Source: Nymphaea colorata (lineage: Eukaryota). Taken from it: a stretch of DNA of 64,000 bases. The notes under the pieces are model-generated. The model was not told the DNA's origin. It saw nothing but the letters and a program-made list of their open reading frames with translations, and did no database searches. Location of the stretch: NCBI RefSeq assembly GCF_008831285.2, contig NC_045138.2:35712001-35776000 (forward strand), read 5' to 3'. A program made the position numbers and the translations under genes. The first letter of the stretch is position 1. Every line of letters starts with the position of its first letter. This document shows, piece by piece, positions 26,111 to 38,100 of the stretch.

Positions 26111-29100
26111 TGGTTTTTCTAACATAAGCTTCCACAAGATTAGAACTTCTGTTTTCTTTCTTTACATTTTCGCCATGTTCTAATGTTATATGAAAATAAT
26201 ATGATCCATTCTTACAAGCTGCAATTTTCTAGATAGATATATGGGAGGAAAGGAAGGTCTTTGGATCCCGTGGAAGTGGTCTTAAAGATGAAATGCTTGC
26301 AAAGGAACCTCCACCTTCATTGGAGAACAATGGCAAGAGTTCACACTCCATCAAAATAGCGCGGAAGGATGCTCATTCAATCAGAGTAGTAAGGATTCTT
26401 CTTCTTTTTTCCTTTCATTTTTTTAATGTGCTCTTGATAATCTAAAGATTTGAAACTAACTTTATTAGTCCTTGGGTTTGCACAATTTTGACTTCTACTT
26501 TGATCTGTCATCTGTATTCATCTAACTGATTTTCATTCTAATTTTAGAAATTAGCAATTGGAGGCATGCCAGAAAGAATAGTATCGGCATTCCAATCTGT
26601 ACATGATGATCATTTCAATGAAGATACTGCCTTAAATAAATGTAAGGCTGCTATCCGTCGCGTTGGAAAGATGGAGAAGGATGTGGATGATGCCCGTTCA
26701 CATGGTAAGGGAACAGATTCTTCTGTGGTAAGTGGAAACTGAATTTTGGATGTTTCTGGTCTGCTATCTTGGTCATAATTTTAGCGAAAGACTACAAATT
26801 ATGTTGAGCAAACCAGTGAAAGAAATTTCTGTTATAGTCAAAGATAGAGCAAGGGACTGGATGTATTCTGTGGTTTTGATAAAGCATGGTATGATTTTAG
26901 AATGAAAGAACCTGGGCCTAAGTGGAAAGTTGTGGGTAAAATACCTCATTTCTTTTATGGTTGCATTTGTGAAACTCGAGAGCAATTCTTTCCTTATGCT
27001 AAGAAGAACAAACCTCAAAGAGTAGTTTTATTTTCTTAGACAACAAAGGAGTTGCTTAATCATTAATGTGCTTTTCAATTTGCTTTTGTTTTTTTGCCTG
27101 TTTGTGTCAACACTTCTATTGAAATATAAAATAGGATAGGGGATGTATTGTTCATAATGCTTCTTTTATGTATGCAAAGAAAATTCCATTCTCTAGTGAT
27201 TATGGATGCAAATGAGTTGGACTACAATCAGAGTTAGCTTTGTGAATTTTGACTTAATTGGCTCCCAATGGGCTTGTTGTGTTTCAATTTGTTGGCACAG
27301 CCATTGTTATAAATTTAGAAAAAATTGTCTCTCAGACCAAATCTGAGTGGTTTAAGCAAGAAGGCTGGTTCCAAAGTTCTCTGAGTTGAAATGTGAATCT
27401 TGAAGCATCAAGGGAGACCTTTCTTCAATCATGCGGTATCTTAGATACCTCATGGATACTATGTCACATGGGTGCGGGTACGGTACGAGTTCGGGTATGG
27501 CGGTATGGGTTCAGACACATCAATTTTGAGAATTGTGGTTACGTGGGTGCGGCAAATTTTATATTCTCAAAAATGATAAATGAAAAAAAGCATTAATAAT
27601 CTTATAATACACAAAAATTTTCAAAATTAAAGAAAAATGGGAGGAAATATAGAATCTTAGTGGAAGGGAAATATAAAAGAAGGAAAAAAATCAAAATTAG
27701 AAAAAACATTAAGTTTGAAAAGATAATTTTAAATATTTTAAAATGCAGCCGTACCGCATACCCGTGTCGTTGTACCCACGTACTGACATGGGTACCTGGG
27801 CAACAGTGATGCCTTTTATATTTATGCTTTCATTGGATGAGTTGGTCATAAAACTGGATTTCTTGGTATTGGAAATAATGTCATCTCTCTAAATAGAGAA
27901 ATTTACAGAAACTGGTTGATACTTGATGTCCTTAGAAACAGCCACCTAATATTTAAAATTTACAAAATTATTTTGTAAGTTCATAAAATAGTTCACACTT
28001 CATGGATGGAAACAAATAAAATATATTACGAGACCATTCTACGCTTAATAAAGACTGTACCATTAAGTAAAGTGTTTTTACAAACTAAATTTTTTAGCCC
28101 TGGGTATTCATGACTTTCCTTTCATTTTGGGCAACTGTGATGGAATCAGTTATTCATGGTACAAAAATCCTGGATAAGCGGTTCAGGGTGTTGGTTGTTT
28201 AGAGGCACTTTATCTTTGGCAGACCATCCATCCGTTGTTTGATTGCATGTATAATATTATTCATGATTTCTTCCTTAATGTTTGATTTTGAAGGATTCAC
28301 CTTTCTAAAACATAAAAAAATTACTCTTTTATTTAACCAAAAACTACTTCATCCTGGTGCTTGATTAACGCAGTTAAACAATAAGCTTCTTGCTACCAAC
28401 TACAACAATAGAAAGGTCAGACTTCTAGTACAACCTCTTAACACACGGATCAATTTACTTGTTAAAGCCCATAATGCATCACATCCATTTTGTGCATATG
28501 GATGAAAAAGCAAGGCAAATTCAAGCCAAGTTAAGTATAATAACTTGTTATGCTGAACACAAGTTACCAAACTAAATAAATTGGAGAGCAATTGCCTGTA
28601 ATGTCGGAGCATATTTAACAAATTGATTTTATAATATCGTGATTATCATAATGTATTTATAATCTTTCATATAAGTTCACAACAAAACAACATATTTACA
28701 TCTTAAATATCATTCCTGGTGATGGGATCTCCATCCTTCCTCACGGTGATGGCATCTGCATGCATCCTCTCCTCCACTACTGTTAGAATCTCATGTGACG
28801 GTTGTTCCTTTTACTGGGAAATGAATTGTAGCAATGGAATTAAGAGGTTGTGAAATGCAATTGTTGTGGATTGTGGGAGTGTCTCCTCAAGAGGTGAATT
28901 TGAATATGAAAAAAGCAAAAAGGGTAGATTGTGATATTTTGAAAAAAAAATGCCAAAATGAAAATATCTTGCTTTTGGTGTGCTTTTTAGAAAAAATGTT
29001 TCTATTATATTTTAACGTTTTAATGTTTTTAATGTTTTAGTAAGTCTTTTGGATTTTGATGAATGTTTCTATTATTGAAAACTCAAATTTTCGTGATTTT

Positions 29101-32100
29101 TTTATGTTTTTTAATTTTTTGCACTCCAGAAACTTTCCTGATAAAAGCAAATTTTCTGTCTAGTATCTGTGAAACGCCTTGCCAACAGGAACCCAAGAAC
29201 ATACTTATGAATGGGTATTTGTAATTTCTCAAACATTTGGAATTCACGTTTAAGTACATACAAGTTGGGTGGTTGGTAGATGTCTCAATATTATATGTGT
29301 GATAATATTTGAGTATCTAGTTTGGGATGCATCCTGGAAAGCAATCCGTTGCTTGTTTCAGAGGGACATGGCATGCTGTATGACATGTTGATCTCAATAG
29401 AAACTAGAAAGTGTGGCTGCTGTGACTCATCTTTTCCTTATACTTTCAGGAAATCAACAGGAGTCAACCTTGGCAAATGAACTGCAGGAGCAGGAAAACA
29501 TTTTGAGGCAATGTATTGCACAGCTTCAAAATACTGAAGCGACAAGGACTGCTCTAGTTGCTCAGTTGAAGGAAGCATTACAGGACCAGGTTAACTTAGA
29601 CAATTATTTTTGCATACCTGAGAAATTTTGAAGTTGCGTTGATTAATTTTATGAGGTCCTGTACAAACTATTCTAATACGTTGTATGTAAAATTGTAAAT
29701 TTTCCTTTTCTCAGGAGTCAAAACTGGAGCTTATTAGAACTCAGTTGCAAGTAAGTGAAGTTTCTTATTTTTCTTTTTTCTTTTATGGAAAATTGGAGGT
29801 TGTGCAAGAATTGGTTGGCCAACAGAGATATGCATTCATCCCAAATGTAACATATGTGGAAATAACTTGGAAGTAGCCTCATATTTAATAAATTTGAAGA
29901 GAATTTAGTGCATGTATGCCTGTCTCTAGTTTCTGCTTACTACTTTTATCTTGGTCTATAACCTGAGAGCTGCCAAACCTGGTGCTTGGGTCAGTTTTGT
30001 CTGGGCCAGTTTGAGTATATTCATCATGCTAAGAAGAATCTGTGGGTGTACTTGCAAATGTTGTTTATGGAAGTAATCTCATATCCAAAAATCTCGAGAA
30101 TTGTGTCCATATATGCCTGGCCCTACTTACTACCTTCAGCTTGATCCATGACCCTTTTAAATGTTAAATTTAAGCCTATTATGGGACAGGTTTTGTAATC
30201 TGCCGGAGCTGGTCTGCTTAAGTCAGTTTTGGCTGGGTCAAATTTCAAGTTTGCATATGTTTTACTTTATGCTAAGCAGAAGTTGTGGTTATATTTCTGA
30301 ATGTTGTTTACCAAAAAATATGATCTATCTAAAAACATCTTGCATTGTCCCAAATATCATTCTTAAATTTTTATCAGCAAGGTTTTCATGAGTATTTTCT
30401 CGAGAAACCTGAAAAAAATCAAATAATATATAAAATATATAAAATCAATTTGGAATCATCAGTTTTTGCTAATTTTTTTACAATATTTTCATGATATTTT
30501 TTGTCTTCGTGATATTTTCAAGATGTCATTTTTTTGTTTTCCCTTGTTTTTCCATTTTTTTATTTTTACCATGAAAAAACTTTGATTTGTGATAGTGTGC
30601 ATCATCACCAATATTATCACATTTACATTGAGAATGCAGATGTTTGCAGATCTTTCTTCGCATGCTAATTGTATCTAATCATTCTAGAGATTTGATCGTG
30701 ACATATCTAATCCTCTCTAATGAATGCATTTTCTTATAAGAAGACAAGTTTGATAGTGATTATGGGAAAATCATATGTAGGTTTAGATCCTTCCTCTCAC
30801 TTGATGCGGGCTGCAGAAAAAAGAACCATGATGTGTGCAAGGCTGGCCCAGACATAGGTTGAACTTTTTCTCATATCTTGTGCGCATGTGGTATAGTAGT
30901 ACAACAATGAGAGATATTAATTCAGATTAGTGACTTTATTTTTGTAATACCCCATAAGTTGAGTCTCGTATTGAAGATTGTAAGGGATCTTCAAGAGCTT
31001 ATAAAGGAAAGGGGGGGGGGGGGTCATTAATGAAATGTTTGTCTTGGTTCCTAGCATTTTTAAGGTTTGAGCCAAAACTGCTAGGAGGCAGGTTGGGATC
31101 CACCAAACCAGGGGCCCGAGCCCAGGAGTGGGTCGGGTTGTTACAGTGGTATCAGAGCCGGTTCAATACACGGACATAAGGTCCCACACGCGCTGACGCG
31201 TGTGTCTTAAGGGAGGTAGATTGTAACACCCCATAAGTTTAGTCATGTATTGTAGATTGTGAGGGATCTTCAAGGGCTTATAAAGAGGGGCCATTAATGA
31301 GATGATTGTCCTGATTCCTAGCCTTTTTCAAGCTGAAGCCGAAACTGCTATGGGGGCGGGTTGGGATCCGCCGAACCAGGGGCCCGAGCCCAATAGTGGG
31401 TCGGGTTGTTACAGTGGTATCAGAGCCGGTTCAACACTCGGACCAGGGGTCCCACACGCGCTGACGCATGTGCCTTAAAAGGGGTGGATTGTAACACCCT
31501 GTTGACATATGTTGTATTTGGGTCACCTATTCAGGTCTGGATTTGGACCCGATCCAGTGTGTTACTGTTATGACCTTACTTAATCTGTGTAAACCCTAAT
31601 TTCGGTGTGTTAATGAAATTCTAAGAGAGAGAGTGTTTGGCTGTTAGTGGGCACCAGTCCTCCTCATGGTTTTTTCCCTCTTGTTGAGGGGTTTTCCACG
31701 TTACATCGTGTTCATCTCTTTGTCTTTATTTTTACATGGTATCAAAGCCAGGTTGGTTCTGATTTCTCTATTGAGCTCGTGTTGGAAGAAAGTTCGTGTT
31801 CTCACTGTGCAGATTGGATTGGATATCCCTTCTCACTGTTTGGGTGAGTATTTCCTGTCGCCCGGCCTTGCTTGCTGCCGTGAAGTTCCGGCGTCCTCCT
31901 GCTGCTTGCATCGCTCTCACGACTGACATCGCTCGACGCGTTTATGCCTTGATATCACCTGACGCTCTCACGCCCGATGCTCTTTGTCTAACGTCGCCCG
32001 CTCCTTAGTCCTGTTGCTTCTTCTCCCGACGGTTTCAGTGCTCTCACGCCTACTGCATCTTCTGGCTGTCGTCCCCAACGTCTGCAGCTTCTCACGTTCT

Positions 32101-35100
32101 GGTCAGCGTCGTCTAGCATCGCCGGTCTGAGGTGCCCATTCTGTTCCTGTTTTTCCTGCACCATCCAACGCCGTCTACTTTATCCAGTGCCACCAACGTC
32201 GCTGGTTTCTTCCAGAGCTGCCCGTTCTCTCTGCCCAGTGCCGTCAGTGCTACTGTCTGCTCTGCCCAGTGTCGCCTGCCCTCCTAGCACTGTCTGCTCT
32301 GCTTTCTTGTGTTGCCATCGACTGAACAATCTTGCCGTTAACACCACAGAAGTTTGCTCGCCGCCTCCTTCGTCGTGTCTCTGCCGTTGCCAGGTTTCTC
32401 CACCGTGTACCCTGTTTTCTTTGTGTCTGCCACCTCTTTACAGTTGCTCTCTTGTTTTGTCGTGTGCATTCGTTCTCTTGTTGCTGTGTTGAACCTTGAT
32501 AATGGCAGAGTCAACTTCATCTACTGTCAATATGGGCCAGGCTGATGTTGTGGCCTCTAGAACTGAAAATGTCCCAATTCAAGTCACTACCATTCGCCTC
32601 ACCAAGGAAAATTACCTTCAATGGTCTCCTGCCATCACTATGGGGATCGTTAGTCGGGGCCGAATCGCCTATGTAAATGGGAGGAAGGTTGAACCTGTTG
32701 AGACTAGTGCTTCCTGGGGCACTTGGTTTCTTGAGGACAACCAAGTTAAAACTTGGATTGTCAATTATGTATCCTTCGATATTCAAATCCTCATCCTTCG
32801 TAAGAGGACCACGAGAGATATGTGGGTTATCTTAGAACACATGTATGGCCAGAAGAAGAAAATTGTTCGAGTGTATCAACTGATGAAAGATGTCTATGCA
32901 CTTCGGCAAGGGGATCTCTTTGTGGCAGACTTTTATGCAGCGTTGAAGTTCAAATGGGAGGAACTTGACTACTATTCTGATGGTACTTGGAATTGCCCCC
33001 AAGACCAAGTACGTCTTGTAGCCAAAGAATGGAAAAATAGGGTATTCTTATTCTTAGCGGGATTGAATGATGACTTTGAAGGTATAAGGAGTCAAATCCT
33101 TAATTCAGAAGAATTGGTTAGTATTGAAGATGTCCACTCCCGTGTTGAAGCTGAAGAGCCAAGGCGTCTAATTATAAATGGGAGAAAGGGGGATCATACC
33201 TCACATAACGATCATACCTCACATAACGAAAGGTCTGCTTTGGTTAGCTGTGCTCCTATGGGAGTTGCTTGACCTACTCGAAAATGTACGCACTACAAGA
33301 AAACAGGTCATACCATGGAGTTTTGTTAGGACCTGCATCCTGAAAAGAAGAATAGTAGGGGGAGGTCTTCTAGTGGGAAGAAACTTGCTTCTGATGTTGC
33401 CAACTCTAGTGGAGAGAAAGCTTATATCTCTGCTGAACAGATTTGTGAGCTTCGTGCTTATCTGAGTTGGATTGATGTTGGTCAGGTCGAAGCGGTAGAT
33501 GATGTGAAAGTTAACCATGCTCTTGTGATTTCTGGAGAAAAAGGTAATTCTTGTATGGGAGAATGGATTGTTGACAGTGGTGCCATCCACCACATGACTG
33601 ACAATCCTAAGCTCTTCCATGAGTATAAGTTCTCATCAAGAAAGGAACGTATTTCTCTTGCCGATGGTTCCTTTATCTATGTAGCGGGAAAAGGGAGTCT
33701 TTCTTTGTTAAACAAATTTTTAGTGCATGGTGCCTTACATGTTCCTCATCTTCCTTTGAATCTTTTGTCTGTCAGCAAGATTACAAAGGAGTTGAATTGT
33801 GAACTCATATTTTCTGCAAATCGTTGTGTTTTGCAGGACTTGGTGACAGGGAAGAGGATTGGGATTGGTTTGGTGTCTGAAGGCTTATATCGACTTCCCA
33901 TCCGTGTGGCCACAATTCTTATGACAGCAGTTAGCAGGATAAAGAAGAAGAGAAAAGATTGTCTTCAGTTACTTTTGTATTGGCATGAACGCATTGGGCA
34001 TCTCCCTTTTGGGATTTTGAAACAGTTATTTCCTGATTTATGTTCTAGTTTGGACATATCTATGTTATCTTGTGATGTTTGTCAGTTTGCTAAACATGTT
34101 AGGGCTTCATACCTTGTTTCTAACAGTCGTGCTAATGAAGTTTTTTTCTTGATTCATTGTGATGTGTGGGGGCCTTCAGGAATTAATATTCGTTGTGGTT
34201 TTTAGTATTTTATAACCTTTATGGATGATTACTCAAGGAGTACCTTTGTTTACCTGTTAAAAGACTGTAGTGAAGTGCCTCATGTCATAGAGACCTTCAT
34301 TCTTCTTGTGGAGACCTAATATGGTAGTTCTGTTAAGACCTTTCGGTCTGATAAGGCTCGTGAGTATGTATGTCAAGCTGTTGAAGATTTCTTTCGAAAA
34401 AGGGGGATTGTTTATGAAACATCCTGTAGTTATACCCCTCCACAAAATGGGGTAACTGAGAGGAAAAATCGTCAGTTACTCAATGTCACCAGGGCCCTCT
34501 TGTTTCAAAGGAATCTTCCAAAACAATATTGGGGTGATGCGGTTCTCACTAGTGCATATCTGATTAATCGTATGCCTAGTCGTGTATTAAATGGGCAGAC
34601 TCCCCACTCTATACTTCCAGGGAGTCGTCAACCCTTTTTCCTTCCACCTCGTGTCTTTGGATGTGTTTGCTTTATTCATGATCACAGTCCTCATGTTAAA
34701 AAACTTGATCCGAGGTCAATTAAGGGTGTTTTTGTTGGATATTCTCCTACTCAAAAGGGGTATAAGTGTTTTGATCCTACCACTGGTCGAGTTTATGTTA
34801 CCAAGGATGTCACTTTCTTGGAACATGTCTCTTACTTTTGTGAGAATCCTCTTCAGTTGGAGAGGTCTATGTCAAGGGAAGAGTATTCTTTGGGTCAAGA
34901 AATTCAATTTACATATTTCTTGGAGTACAGGCGAGAAGAGAGTCCACCAATTGTTGAGGTGCTTGAACATGAGAGTTCGTACTCTAGGCGAAGAGTTCGT
35001 ACAGTAAGGTGACTGATGGTGACAATTCTACTCCTAATCCCAATTCTACTTCTTCCCTGAATGACCCAAGTCGTGCTCAGAAGAAATCTGTTGAGGAAAA

Positions 35101-38100
35101 CATTCAGACAGAAACTGTTCAGACAGAAACTGAAAAAAAGGAGCTTCCCATTGCCTTGAGAAAGGGTGTCAGGTCATATACTCAACACCCTATTGGTAAC
35201 TTTGTGTCATATTCTAGATTGAGCACCGATTACAAATGTTTTGTATCATCTCTTTCTTTGGCTATGATTCCCAGGACTGTTGTAGAGGCTCAAGGTGATC
35301 CCCAAGTCGACTCATGCTATGCAAGAAGAGATGGAAACCTTGAGCAGAAACCAGACATGAAAGTGGTAGAGATCCCTGAAGCGGCTCATCTGGTTGGATC
35401 TAAGTGGGTCTACACCATTAAGTACAAACCAAATGAGAATATTGAGAGGTACAAAGCTCGCCTGGTTGCCAAGGGGTTTAGTTAGAAATATGGGATTGAC
35501 TACTTGGAGACGTTTGCTCTTGTTGCGAAGATGAAGACTGTTAGAGTTATTATTTCTCTAGCAGTGTTGAAGGAGTGGAAGATGTGCCAACTTGACATTA
35601 AGAATGCTTTTCTCAACGGAGATCTTGAACAAGAAGTGTATATGTGTATGCCCCCAGGATATGAGAAACCAAGAAAATGTTGAAATCGGGAAGTGTATAT
35701 GTATATGGGCTCAAGCAGTCTCCCCGAGCATGGTTTGAACGTCTTAGACTTGTAATGAAAAAACATGGCTACAACCATACTCTGTTTGTAAAGAGGAAGG
35801 AGGGTAAGGTTTCTCTTTTGTTAGTCTATGTTGATGATATGATTGTTACAGGTAATGATGAAGATGAGATAACAAGATTAAAGGGTTTATTGGCTGCTGA
35901 ATTTGATCTCAAGGACGTTGGCAAACTAAGATATTTTCTTGGTATTGAAATTTCTAGATTAGGTACGATCCTTGTTCTAAATCAAAGGAAGTATACCCTG
36001 GCTTTACTGAAGGAGACAGAAAAACTAGGGTGTAGACCGGCTTCTACTTCTCTAGATGTTGGACACAAACTCAGTATTAAGGATGGATAAACCTCTTTGT
36101 GAAGAAGCTAACGGGAGGCATCAACGTCTGGTTGGAAGATTGATCTACCTCACTCTGACTAGACCTGATATCACCTTTGTCGTAAATGTGACGAGTCAGT
36201 TCATGCACGCGCCTACAGATACTCACTTGAAGGTTGTCGACAGAATCTTGTGTTACTTGAAGAGGAATCCTGGCAAGGGGCTTCTATATGTGAAACAAGG
36301 GTCGATTGAGATTGAAGGGTATTCAGATGCAGACTGGGTAGACTGTATTGATATTAGAAGATCTACTTCAGGGTACTGCGTCTACTTGGGGGGAAATCTT
36401 ATTGTTTGGAGGAGCAAGAGACAAGATGTTTGTTCCCGCTCAAGTGCAGAGGCTGAATATAAGGTTGGAGTGTCAGAATTACTATGGCTGAAAGTATTAC
36501 TGATTGATATTGGGATAGAGACTGAAGGACCTATAAAGTTGTACTGTGATAACAAGTCTGCAATCAATCCGGCCAACAACCCTGTGTTACATGGCCAAAT
36601 AAAGCATGTCGAGATTGACTGTCACTTCATCCGGGAGAGAATTGATGCCAGAGAGTTGATTCTACCATATATGAAATCTGAAGACTAAACTACTGATGTT
36701 CTGATTAAAGCCTTACCTATGACTCAGTTTGAGAGAAATGTATCAAGTTGAACATGTTTGATATGTATGCCCAACTTGAGGGGGATTGTTGACATATGTT
36801 GTATTTGGGTCACCTATTCGGGTCTAGATCTAGACCCGTTCCAGTGTGTTACTGTTATGGCCCTACTTAACCTGTGTAAAGCGTAATTTTGGTGTGTTAA
36901 TGGAATTCTAAGAAAGAGAGTGTCTAGCTGCTAGTGGGCACCAGTCCTCCTCACCTGTGGTTTTTTCCCTCTCGTTGAGGGGTTTTCCACGTTACATCGT
37001 GTTCATCTATTTGTCTTTATTTCTACACACCCCATAAGTTTAGTCCCTTATTGAAGATTGTAAGGGATCTTCAAGGACTTATAAAGGCGGGGGTCATTGA
37101 TGAGATGATTGTCCTGGTTCCTAGCCTTTTTGAGGCCGGAGCCGAAACTGCTAGGGGGCGGGTTGGGATCCGCCAAACCAGGGCCCGAGCCCACGAGTGG
37201 GTTGTGTTGTTACAATTTTTTCGTTTTTTGAGAAACAAAAGCCAGCATGGAGATTTGAAGTTGGATTAAAGTTATTGAGAATGGAAGTTTGTCAAACTCG
37301 TACCAGATCTTCAAAAGAGGATCAAGAGAGGATATTATGTGTCCTTGTTTCTTTTTCTTGCATCTGAACCTCTTTCAGTTAGAGGCCCTATCTGACACCA
37401 ATATGCTTGTTATAGTTATATGAAGCATCATCTTTTTGTACCAGTCAACGTTAGTTTGATGGTCTCAATATATGATAGTTTAGCAAAGGAATTGTTCTGG
37501 TCAATAGGTTATTTCATGTAGTATAGAATCTATAGATCAGTATATACTGAATATCATAGTCACAAATATTGTTTTCACATTTTAAATGGTGAAGTTTTCC
37601 TCGGCAAACTTTAAAAAAAGGGAAAAATACAAAATAATTTAAAAATTAAAAAATCTTACACATTAGGAAAAAATAAAATAGATGAGAAACTAACAAGACA
37701 ACATCAAAAAATAAGTAGATAAGGAAAAAATAAAAATTAGAAAATGGAAACAAGCAATTGGCATTAGAAAACATGACAAAATGCCTAAAATGAAAAAAGG
37801 AAAGAATGTGACAAAAAAGCGATTTTTTCGATTTGGTGCTTTTTCCAAAAAGAAAAGATGGCATTTTTTTGCCTTTTTTAGACTGATTTATTTTTTGCGT
37901 TTTTTTTTAAATGTGTTTTTTGTGACTATGCTGAATATTAAAGAACATGAGGTGAGATGAAAGCTGAGTAACATTTGTCACACCTGAGTTGGTAATGGAC
38001 AAATGACAATTTGCTTTCTTTCTTGTTGAATCATTGTTAGAATTATATCCTATGTCGCATGGGTGCTTCTAAATGAATGCCGCACCCTTGTCGCACGTGC

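Larger units (their letters stand above)
30943..37214 (+). mobile_element. Tandem TRIM (3 LTRs, 2 internal domains), third LTR interrupted by a Copia element
   Basis: LTR1 30943-31145, LTR2 31222-31413, LTR3 31490-31499 + 37033-37214, all TGTAA...TTACA. PBS TGGTATCAGAGC at 31147 and 31415; PPT before LTR2 and LTR3. ATTTT TSD at 30938-30942 and 37215-37219. Confidence 0.93.

Noticed and set aside
30943..31499. Cassandra TRIM assignment
   Set aside because: No 5S rRNA A/C-box sequence in the LTRs.
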